Source: Dehalococcoidia bacterium (GTDB lineage: Bacteria; Chloroflexota; Dehalococcoidia; DSTF01; RBG-16-68-14). From it: a DNA stretch of 41,779 nucleotides. Made by a program: the position numbers and the translations under genes. Location: positions 1-41,779 of the forward strand of contig JBIOYF010000050.1 in assembly GCA_044870035.1 (NCBI GenBank). Reading direction: 5' to 3'. A model generated the notes under the pieces. That model was given only the letters and a program-made list of their open reading frames with translations, was not told the origin of the DNA and did no database searches. Positions 34,900 through 41,779 of this stretch are shown here, one piece after another. The first letter of the stretch is position 1. Every line of letters begins with the position of its first letter.

Positions 34900-36297
34900 G
34901 TGACGGTCTCGCTCGGGAGCATTCTCGTCCCGCTTAACTCCACCATGCTCACCGTGGCGCTGCCCGAGCTGCGCCGCGACTTCGACGTGAGTCATGTGGC
35001 CATCGGCTGGCTCGTGTCGTCGTATCTCATCGCGATGGCCGTCGCGCAGCCGCTCGGCGGCCGGCTCGGCGATCAGCTCGGCCGCTCACGCGTGTTCCAG
35101 GTGGGCCTGGTCGCGTTCCTCGGCTTCTCAGTGGCCGCGGCCTTCTCACCGACGTTTCCGGTGCTGGTGCTGCTGCGCACCGGCCAGGGGCTGGTGGGCG
35201 CAGCGGTGATGCCCAACGCCATGGCGATGCTGCGGGAGTCCGTCCCCGTCGAGCGATTAGGTGCGTCGTCCGGCATTACCGGGTCGATCGTTTCGTCCGC
35301 GGCAGCGGTCGGTCCGCTGATCGGGGCAAGCATGCTCGGCCTCGGCTCGTGGCGCTGGCTGTTTCTCGTCAACATTCCGCTGGTCCTGCTCGCGCTCGGG
35401 GCGCACACGGCGCTGCGGTATCCAGTGCCGCGGCTCATCCAACGTATGCAGCTGGACTGGCCGGGCGCGGCGGCGTTCGCCGCGCTGCTTGTCGCGCTGA
35501 CGTTTGTCCTCAACTCGCTGCACGGCGGGGTAAGCGTTGTCGCGCTGGCGCTCGGCACGACGGGCCTGGTGGTGCTCGCCGTGGTCTTCCTGCAGCGACA
35601 GCGCACCAGCCCGTCGCCCGTCGCGGAGTGGCGGCTGTTCCGCGTACGGTCGTTCGCGGCCGCGACGAGCTATGTGCTCTTCGCTAACCTTGTCATGTAC
35701 ACCACGCTGCTCACGATGCCGTTCTTTATCGAAGAGGTTCTCAACGGCAGTCATCGCGCCGTAGGCACGATGCTTGGCACGCTCTCGATCATCTCGGCCG
35801 TGCTCGCCCCGGTTGCCGGCCGTGTTTCCGATGCGCGCGGCCGCCGGCTGCCGGCGCAGACAGGGGCGTTCATCATGCTGGCGGCGACGCTCGCGCTGGC
35901 CATCGGCATCAGCAAGGACATCTCGTACGTCATGCTGGGCGGATGTCTCGCGACGCTCGGCCTGGGTCTGGGGCTGTCGTTCGGGCCGGCGAGCACGGCG
36001 GCGATCGAGTCGGCCCCACGCCAGTTCGCGGGCGCGGCGAGCGGCACGAACTCGATGATGCGCTACCTGGGGAGCATTATCGGAGCGGGCATTCTCGGCG
36101 CGGTGCTGAGCAGGGACAGCGGCACGCCCGAGATCTGGCTCTTCCACCTGATCTTCATCGTGCTGCTCGTGATCGCCGCGCTCGCCTGCGCCTCGACGTT
36201 CTTCATCCACCGCTTCCCGCAGCGGGACGTCCCAGACGAGGAACGCGCAGCAGCGCCGCTTTCGGAAGCGCAGGCAGGCGCGGCGCGCGCCACGTAG
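34900..36297 (+). CDS. MFS transporter (14-TM DHA2/EmrB-like)
   Basis: 465 aa. LNSTMLTVALPELRRDF, GGRLGDQLGRSRVF and other MFS motifs are present. The frame stays open upstream (...SISYGLLLVTVSLG), so the annotated GTG at 34900 probably truncates TM1. The true start is uncertain. Confidence 0.8.
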   Translation: MTVSLGSILVPLNSTMLTVALPELRRDFDVSHVAIGWLVSSYLIAMAVAQPLGGRLGDQLGRSRVFQVGLVAFLGFSVAAAFSPTFPVLVLLRTGQGLVGAAVMPNAMAMLRESVPVERLGASSGITGSIVSSAAAVGPLIGASMLGLGSWRWLFLVNIPLVLLALGAHTALRYPVPRLIQRMQLDWPGAAAFAALLVALTFVLNSLHGGVSVVALALGTTGLVVLAVVFLQRQRTSPSPVAEWRLFRVRSFAAATSYVLFANLVMYTTLLTMPFFIEEVLNGSHRAVGTMLGTLSIISAVLAPVAGRVSDARGRRLPAQTGAFIMLAATLALAIGISKDISYVMLGGCLATLGLGLGLSFGPASTAAIESAPRQFAGAASGTNSMMRYLGSIIGAGILGAVLSRDSGTPEIWLFHLIFIVLLVIAALACASTFFIHRFPQRDVPDEERAAAPLSEAQAGAARAT

Positions 36298-36996
36298 TTA
36301 CTTCAGATTTGCCGTCGCGAGCGGGTCGCCCGTGGGCTGGTCGCTGCCGCCGGCCGGCTCTTCCGTGATCGCGAACGTGCTGGCGCCGGCCAGGTCCGCG
36401 TTGATGGCGACGGTGTGTTCATCGGGCAGGACCCCCAGGCTCACCGCGTTGCCGTCGTAGATGCCCCAGGCCTGGTAGACGCGTCCGCTCTCCAGCGGCG
36501 GCATCTCATTCATCTTCACGACGGCGAGCTGCTGGCGATCGAGGTACCAGAAATGGCCGGTCACGCCCGCGCCGCTGAGCCTGGCGCTCACTGTCCAGCC
36601 TTCGTCGTTGCTGCCGCCCGTCTGCAACACGACGTTCCACGCCACGAGCCCGACGAGCGCAACGAACATCGCTGCCGCCGCGAGCCAGGCGAACGCCGGA
36701 CGTCGCACGAAGGGCACGATGCCCGTCGACGGGCGCGCTGTTTGTTCGACAGCGCTTGGGCGTTGCGCGGCCGCCTCCTGGTCGAAGGCGCGGAGCAGCC
36801 GCGACCGCAGCTCCGGCGGCGGCGTCTGCTCCTCGACGGCGAGCGGCAGCCGCTCGGCCACGGCTTGCAGCTCGCCCAGCGCGACGTCGTGCTTGCGGCA
36901 GCCGGCCATGTGACGCTGCACAGCGCGCATCGAGCCGTCATCCAACGCGGCGATGGCGTACGCGGCGAGCAGCTCGCTGATCTCTTCGCAGTTCAT
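36298..36996 (-). CDS. Anti-sigma factor, RskA-type (N-terminal anti-sigma domain, TM, extracytoplasmic RskA domain)
   Basis: 232 aa. MNCEEISELLAAYAIAALDD...HMAGCRKHD is an H-x3-C-x2-H variant of the zf-HC2 motif. It has a central TM segment FAWLAAAAMFVALVGLVAWNVVL. The C-terminal YQAWGIYDGNAVSLGVL...FAITEEPAGGSDQPTG is typical of the RskA domain. A 4-nt ATGA overlap links it to the upstream sigma gene. Confidence 0.8.
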   Translation of the reverse strand: MNCEEISELLAAYAIAALDDGSMRAVQRHMAGCRKHDVALGELQAVAERLPLAVEEQTPPPELRSRLLRAFDQEAAAQRPSAVEQTARPSTGIVPFVRRPAFAWLAAAAMFVALVGLVAWNVVLQTGGSNDEGWTVSARLSGAGVTGHFWYLDRQQLAVVKMNEMPPLESGRVYQAWGIYDGNAVSLGVLPDEHTVAINADLAGASTFAITEEPAGGSDQPTGDPLATANLK

Positions 36997-37580
36997 GCTG
37001 TTGCCAGCGTCCTTCGCATTCGTTCCAGGGCCAGCCGCAGCCGGCTCTTCGCCGTGCCCAGCGGGATTTGCTCCTCCTGCGCCATCTCGGCGATCGTGAG
37101 GCCGCGGAAGTAGGTCAGCTCGATCGCCGTGCGCTGGTCAGGCGGCAGCTCCTTCAGCGCACGCTGGACGCGTTCGCGCTCCTCGGCCTGCGAGGCGAAG
37201 TCGACCGGGTCCGGGGCCGACGAGGCGATCGGCTGCGCCTCGTCCAGCGCGCGCTCGCTCCGGCCGCTGCGCCGTCGCAGCACGTCGATCGAGCGGCGAT
37301 GGACGATCGTCAGCAGCAGCGAACGTACCGAGCCGCGCCTCGCATCGAGGCGGCCGGACTGGCGCCAGAGGCTCAAGAACGACTCTTGCACAATGTCCTC
37401 CGCATCGCCGGCCTCGCCAAGAACGCGATACGCCAGCCCGAAGGCGATCCCGCCGTACGCGTCGTAGAGCGCCGACAGCGCCTCGCGGTCGTTGCGGCGC
37501 AGCCGCTCCAGCAGGCGCGCATCGTCTTCACCAGTAGTTCGGCTGGGAGCAAGGGGCGGATCAGGCGGGGAGTCAGGCAT
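36993..37580 (-). CDS. ECF sigma factor (SigK-like), cotranscribed with the RskA-type anti-sigma
   Basis: The ORF runs 36993-37679; I prefer the ATG at 37580 (MPDSPPDP...). Region 2 is DIVQESFLSLWRQ...SLLLTIVHRRSIDVLRRR. Region 4 is LPPDQRTAIELTYFRGLTIAEMAQEEQIPLGTAKSRLRLALERMR. Confidence 0.85.
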   Translation of the reverse strand: MPDSPPDPPLAPSRTTGEDDARLLERLRRNDREALSALYDAYGGIAFGLAYRVLGEAGDAEDIVQESFLSLWRQSGRLDARRGSVRSLLLTIVHRRSIDVLRRRSGRSERALDEAQPIASSAPDPVDFASQAEERERVQRALKELPPDQRTAIELTYFRGLTIAEMAQEEQIPLGTAKSRLRLALERMRRTLATA

Positions 37581-37863
37581 CTTCGTCGATGAGCGCCCGA
37601 ACAGGCCGAACGCATCGGCTGGATTATACCCTTCGGGATAGAACCAGGAAACTGAGCCGAAAAACGCCGGCTCCGGCACAGTTCCTATCCGTAAGCGCGA
37701 CGCTGCACCACCGGAGGCTCAGGCCGCAGCGGGATCTTGCGGCGGCGCCTTGAGTGATCCACCGGTACGCCTGCCCCGAATAATCCGCTGTATGACTTCC
37801 CGGCACCGGCAGGTGAGGGCCCGCTGCCGTGTGGGGAATCGAGCCAAGCTAGAGGAGGTACCT

Positions 37864-39096
37864 ATGTTCAAGCGATTACTCTTGGTCTTTGGGCTAGCGT
37901 CCGTGGTCATCGGTGCTGCGGTAGGCATGACCACGTACGCGGCGGATCACCGCGACTCTCCTTCGGTGGAGAACGATCCCGGCGCCGACATCACGGACGT
38001 GTACGCGTTCCGGAGCCCGGCGAACAACGACAACCTTGTCGTCGCGCTCGATGTCAACGGCCTCACGACACCCGCCGAGCTACGTAACTTCGCGACCGAT
38101 GTGGAGTACGACATCAACGTCGACACTAATGCGGACCTCGCGGCGGACGCGACGGTGAAGGTGACGTTCTCCGGCAATCCACTCACGTTCAAGGTAGAGG
38201 GCCTCGGCGACCCGATCACCGGTCCGGTGACGGCTCCGGGTTCTGCCGATGCGAAGATAACGGACGCCAACGGCATCAAGGTGTTCGCCGGGCCGCGCGA
38301 CGACCCGTTCTTCTTCGACCTCGTGGGCTTCAAGAACCTGGTCGCCCATCCGGTCGCTCCGGTGAGCGGTCTCCGCCCGGCTGGAGAGACACCCGTCGAC
38401 ATGTTCGCGGGCACCAACATCTCGGCTATCGTGATCGAGCTGCCCATCACCGCAGTGACCGGTGCGGCCAACTCGAACACGGGCACGATCAAGGCGTGGG
38501 CGACCACCATGCGCGCCGGCTCTCAGGTCGACCGGATGGCGATCCCCGCGATCAACACCGCGCTGATTCCTTCGGCTATGAAGAACGATTTCAACCACGG
38601 CAAGCCCGCGGACGATGAGGCGAACTTCCGTCCGACCGCTCAGTCCACGATCGAGGGGTTGCGCACGGCGATTGATGGTCTGTTCGGCACGCCGCAGGAC
38701 GGCGGTCCGCTCGGGGACCTCACGCCGTCGCAGGTAGCGACGGCGCTCATCCCCGACGTTGTCACGATCGACTTCTCGCAGCCGGTGGCCTTCCCGAACG
38801 GCCGCCAGCTCTCCGACGACGTGATCGACGCGGCGTTGGGCGTGGTGCTCAACCGCGGCGGCTCGGCCGGTATCTCCGACGCCATCAACGCGAACGACAA
38901 GCCGTTCGGCTCGACGTTCCCGTACCTGGCGGCACCGGTTACGTCGCCCACCGTCTCCGGCGCCCCGAACACGGGGACCGGTGGCCCAACCGGCGGCGAT
39001 GGCAGCAGCATGCTGCTGTGGCTATTCGCCGGGGGCGGTCTGGCAGGCCTGGCACTGCTCGGCAGCGGTGTCTACCTCCGCCGGACAGCTCGATAA
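37864..39096 (+). CDS. DUF4331 domain secreted protein with a C-terminal membrane anchor / sorting-like signal
   Basis: I chose the internal ATG at 37864 of ORF 37750-39096, preceded by a GAGGAGG SD. After the signal peptide MFKRLLLVFGLASVVIGAAVGMTTYA comes ADHRDSPSVENDPGADITDVYAF, the hallmark DUF4331 N-terminal motif. The C-terminus is ...APNTGTGGPTGGDG-SSMLLWLFAGGGLAGLALLGSGVYL-RRTAR. Confidence 0.8.
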   Translation: MFKRLLLVFGLASVVIGAAVGMTTYAADHRDSPSVENDPGADITDVYAFRSPANNDNLVVALDVNGLTTPAELRNFATDVEYDINVDTNADLAADATVKVTFSGNPLTFKVEGLGDPITGPVTAPGSADAKITDANGIKVFAGPRDDPFFFDLVGFKNLVAHPVAPVSGLRPAGETPVDMFAGTNISAIVIELPITAVTGAANSNTGTIKAWATTMRAGSQVDRMAIPAINTALIPSAMKNDFNHGKPADDEANFRPTAQSTIEGLRTAIDGLFGTPQDGGPLGDLTPSQVATALIPDVVTIDFSQPVAFPNGRQLSDDVIDAALGVVLNRGGSAGISDAINANDKPFGSTFPYLAAPVTSPTVSGAPNTGTGGPTGGDGSSMLLWLFAGGGLAGLALLGSGVYLRRTAR

Positions 39097-39106
39097 CGGA
39101 ACGTAC

Positions 39107-39137
39107 GGCGGTGCGCAGGTGAATCCTGCGCACCGCC
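39107..39137 (+). terminator. Intercistronic stem-loop (13-bp perfect stem) between the DUF4331 and TPR genes
   Basis: GGCGGTGCGCAGG-tgaat-CCTGCGCACCGCC. It starts 10 nt after the DUF4331 stop and ends 24 nt before the next ATG. No U-tract is present. Confidence 0.5.
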
Positions 39138-39160
39138 TCTAGCCTAGAGGATCGCAGGGC

Positions 39161-40510
39161 ATGATTCGTAGAGCCTCGACCGCACTCATCGGCTTCGGCG
39201 TCGCGCTGACGCTGATCGCCGTAGTGGCTGGTGTGTTCGTGCTGCGCAGCAACGGTCCGGACGGCATGGCTGCTCAGTCTGCCGTCATCCCGAGCGATCC
39301 GCACGCGCTTACGGACCAACTCATTGCGTTCTACCAAGCGCGGATCGAACGTGATCCGGTCGATTTCGTGAGCTACGCGGGGCTCGGTAGCGCCTACACG
39401 CGTCAGGCGCGCGAGACCGGCGATATCTCGGCTTACACTCGCGCCGAGACCGCGCTACGCAAGGCGCTTGAGATCCAACCCGACGATCCCGATGCGAAGT
39501 CCGGCCTGGCCAGCGTCCTCTTCGCAACGCACGACTTCGCCGGTGCGCTGTCGCTTGCAACCGAGCTGTATGCGGCGGACCCGGGCGCCACGCAAGCACT
39601 GGCGACGATCGGCGACGCGAACTTCGCGCTCGGCAACTACGCAGACGCGCGCGGCGCCTACGCCAAGCTCTCCGAAGTGGCACACGGCGCCTCGGTGCTG
39701 AGCCGCCAATCGCAGCTTGACGAACTGGACGGCAACCTCGACCGGGCCATCGAGCTGATGAAGCAGGCCGATGAGGCATCCTCCGCGAAGCCACGCTCGG
39801 CTGAGACATTGGCGTTCTACCGCCAGCAGCTCGGCAATCTCTCGTTCACCGCAGGCCGCTACGATGACGCCGGGCGCTGGTACCGGGCCGCCCTCAGCGG
39901 CTTCACCGACTACTATCCCGCGCTCGCCGGGCTGGGCAACGTTGCCGCCGCCCGCGGCGACTACGAGCAGGCGATCGACTACTATCAGGAGTCCGTCGCG
40001 ATCGTCCCGCAGCCCGTCGTGCTCGCGGCGCTCGGCGATGCGTATGCGCGCGCCGGCGACGGCAAGTCGGCGCAGCGGCAGTACGCTACCGTCGAGTTCA
40101 TCGGCAAGCTCGCCCAGATCAACCGTACGGTCTACAACCGTGAACTGGCGCTCTTCTACGCCGACCATTTGATCAAGACATCGACGGCTGTGGAGCTGGC
40201 CATGGCCGAGCTCCAGAAGCGCAAAGACGTCTACGGTTACGACACGCTCGCCTGGGCGCTCTACCGCGACGGCCGCGCCGGGGAAGCGGCGCCGCTGATG
40301 GCGCAGGCGCTGGCGCGCGGCACGCGCGATGCTCGCCTGTTCTTCCACGCCGGCCTCATCGCGCACGCGACGGGCGCACAGTCGCAGGCACGGGACTACC
40401 TGGCGAGCGCGCTCGATCTCAATCCACATTTCTCCGTCCTTCTAGAGCAGGAGGCACGCCAGGTCCTTGCTCAGCTCGACGGCGAACGAAACGTCGAGGC
40501 GGAGCAATAG
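39161..40510 (+). CDS. Membrane-anchored tetratricopeptide-repeat (TPR) protein
   Basis: 449 aa. It has an N-terminal TM segment (ALIGFGVALTLIAVVAGVFVL) followed by many 34-aa A/Y/L-patterned repeats (e.g. YAGLGSAYTRQARETGD..., ALAGLGNVAAARGDYEQAIDYYQESVAIVP). Confidence 0.8.
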   Translation: MIRRASTALIGFGVALTLIAVVAGVFVLRSNGPDGMAAQSAVIPSDPHALTDQLIAFYQARIERDPVDFVSYAGLGSAYTRQARETGDISAYTRAETALRKALEIQPDDPDAKSGLASVLFATHDFAGALSLATELYAADPGATQALATIGDANFALGNYADARGAYAKLSEVAHGASVLSRQSQLDELDGNLDRAIELMKQADEASSAKPRSAETLAFYRQQLGNLSFTAGRYDDAGRWYRAALSGFTDYYPALAGLGNVAAARGDYEQAIDYYQESVAIVPQPVVLAALGDAYARAGDGKSAQRQYATVEFIGKLAQINRTVYNRELALFYADHLIKTSTAVELAMAELQKRKDVYGYDTLAWALYRDGRAGEAAPLMAQALARGTRDARLFFHAGLIAHATGAQSQARDYLASALDLNPHFSVLLEQEARQVLAQLDGERNVEAEQ

Positions 40511-40511
40511 G

Positions 40512-41779
40512 ATGATCAAACGTTTGTGTTCAAGGCGCTTCTGGCCCGCCGTGCTGCTCGCCCTCGCAGCGCTGGCCATTGTGCCCTTCGTTGCGCGCCC
40601 GGCCAAGGCCGCCGCGCATCCGCTCGGCAACTTCACGATCAACCACTACAGCCGCATCGAGCTCGGGCCGGACGCGCTGCGCGTCCATTACGTGCTGGAC
40701 ATGGCGGAGATCCCCACCTTCCAGGAGCGCGACGCCATCGACCGCGACGGCGATGGCTCGTTCAGCGAGACCGAGAAGAGCGCGTACCTCAAGGACAAGG
40801 TCGAGGATCTGCGAAATGACCTCGACCTGCAGCTCGACGGCGCCGCGGTTCACCTAACGGCGCTCAATAGTAACCTGTCGTTCCCGCCAGGCCAGGGCGG
40901 CCTCGATACGCAGCGGATCGAAGTCGACTTCTCCGCGCCGGCTGACGGTGCTGCCGCACACACCATCGAGTACCACGACGACACCTACAGCGATCGCATC
41001 GGCTGGCGCGAGGTCGTCGTGCGCGGTCTCGACGGCGTGCGCATCGCCAACTCGACCGCGCCTGCGCAGGACGTGAGCGACGAGCTGCGCGCCTACCCCC
41101 AGAACAGCCTTTCCAGCCCGCTGGATGTAGATAGCGCGTCGGCGTCTTACAACGTTGTTCCCGGCACGATCGCCGCGGCGGCGCCCGAGGTCGCGGCGAC
41201 GGCGAACAGCGACAAGGGCGCGCGCGCCGTGCGCGGCAATCCCGACTCAACGCTTGCCCGCTTCGCAGACCTGATCGCGAAGGAGCGGCTGTCGGCGGGC
41301 ATCATCGCCATCGCGCTGCTGGCCGCCGCCGGCTTCGGCGCGCTCCACGCGCTCTCGCCCGGGCACGGTAAGACCATCGTTGCGGCGTATCTCGTTGGCT
41401 CCAGAGGGACCTGGCGACACGCGCTGCTGCTGGCGCTCACCGTGACCGCCACCCACACATCGAGCGTGTACGCGCTGGGGTTCGTCACGTTGTACTTGTC
41501 GCAGTACATCGTGCCGGAGAACCTCTACCCCTGGCTCGGCATCGCTTCGGGCGCGCTGATCGTGGCGATGGGTCTGGCGCTGTTCGTCGTGCGACTACGC
41601 GCGAGCGGCTACGCTCGGCAGCTTCGGTCCTGGCTGACGCGAACGCTGCCGGCGCTTGGCCGGCCGCAGCTCACGATCGCTTCGGAGCACGGCGCAATGC
41701 TGTTTCCCGCGCATCGATACGATGACGCGACCGATCCCGCTCACGCCGGCCACCGACACGACGGGGGCGTACACTCTCA
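40512..41779 (+). CDS. NicO/RcnA-like nickel/cobalt transporter fused to an N-terminal extracytoplasmic domain of ~240 aa (partial, runs off the right edge)
   Basis: This is my own translation; it is not in the ORF track because it is open-ended. The ATG at 40512 lies 1 nt after the TPR stop. The signal peptide is MIKRLCSRRFWPAVLLALAALAIVPFVARPAKAAA, followed by HPLGNFTINHYSRIEL. It also has an EF-hand-like loop DRDGDGSFSETE, TM segments with the signature GALHALSPGHGKT, and then a His-rich loop HRYDDATDPAHAGHRHDGGVHS. Confidence 0.8.
   Translation, partial: MIKRLCSRRFWPAVLLALAALAIVPFVARPAKAAAHPLGNFTINHYSRIELGPDALRVHYVLDMAEIPTFQERDAIDRDGDGSFSETEKSAYLKDKVEDLRNDLDLQLDGAAVHLTALNSNLSFPPGQGGLDTQRIEVDFSAPADGAAAHTIEYHDDTYSDRIGWREVVVRGLDGVRIANSTAPAQDVSDELRAYPQNSLSSPLDVDSASASYNVVPGTIAAAAPEVAATANSDKGARAVRGNPDSTLARFADLIAKERLSAGIIAIALLAAAGFGALHALSPGHGKTIVAAYLVGSRGTWRHALLLALTVTATHTSSVYALGFVTLYLSQYIVPENLYPWLGIASGALIVAMGLALFVVRLRASGYARQLRSWLTRTLPALGRPQLTIASEHGAMLFPAHRYDDATDPAHAGHRHDGGVHS

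Noticed and set aside
37681-37685. GGAAC (minus strand) upstream of the SigK-like sigma gene, as a possible autoregulated ECF -35 box. A similar GGAAC lies at 12536-12540 upstream of the other ECF sigma.
   Set aside because: The spacing to a CGT-type -10 element is off (about 14 nt and 18 nt respectively), and GGAAC is expected by chance in this amount of sequence. I did not call either one as a feature.
1-41779. Search for tRNA/rRNA genes, integrases, transposases, toxin-antitoxin pairs, restriction or other classical defence genes, and prophage remnants.
   Set aside because: I recognised none on either strand. The intergenic regions are short, apart from 3771-4117, 10020-10569, 14514-14759 and 25053-25411. 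Those contain only promoter-like or leader-like sequence, with no cloverleaf-capable or conserved RNA motifs that I could identify by eye.

Overview
High-GC bacterial chromosomal window with dense coding, frequent GTG/TTG starts and GGAGG-type ribosome-binding sites. I found no tRNA, rRNA, CRISPR array, transposase or integrase. The gene content suggests Chloroflexota (Thermomicrobia-like) or Actinomycetota, but that cannot be proven from the sequence alone. The supporting content is a secretin-less Tad locus, a Thr/Pro-linker DUF11 surface protein, a GT87-type membrane glycosyltransferase and an F420-type LLM oxidoreductase.

Layout:
- 1-3983: minus-strand str/S10 ribosomal cluster, rpsL-rpsG-fusA-rpsJ-rplC, with no tuf between fusA and rpsJ.
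- 4118-7682: a membrane-anchored CAP/SCP-domain protein and an 800+ aa polytopic protein with an embedded spermidine-synthase-like domain.
- 7771-12507: an uncharacterised module. A minus-strand string (small secreted protein, 142-aa unknown, AAA+ ATPase with an N-terminal wHTH-like region) is divergent from a secreted vWA / TM / degenerate-FHA protein.
- 12662-14513: an ECF sigma factor with no adjacent anti-sigma gene, and a GT87/DUF2029 glycosyltransferase.
- 14666-21235: a Tad/Flp pilus operon. It has two tandem near-identical flp cassettes, cpaB, tadZ, tadA, tadB, tadC and DUF192. No prepilin peptidase, secretin or minor pilins are present.
- 21273-25052: a convergent 1259-aa surface protein with an N-terminal anchor, long Thr/Pro linkers, four DUF11 repeats and a C-terminal dockerin-like module.
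- 25412-36297: housekeeping and envelope genes. These are an aldo-keto reductase, a GPR1/FUN34/YaaH channel, two beta-propeller lipoproteins, an Amidase_3, an alpha/beta hydrolase, an LLM oxidoreductase, a PEP-utilizer swivel-domain protein and an MFS transporter.
- 36298-41779: an ECF sigma plus RskA-type anti-sigma pair, divergent from DUF4331, a TPR protein and a NicO/RcnA-like transporter fusion. This four-part envelope/metal module has no experimentally defined function that I know of.

The best candidates for something new are the DUF4331 module, the AAA+/vWA-FHA module, and the pilus plus dockerin-tipped DUF11 protein island.
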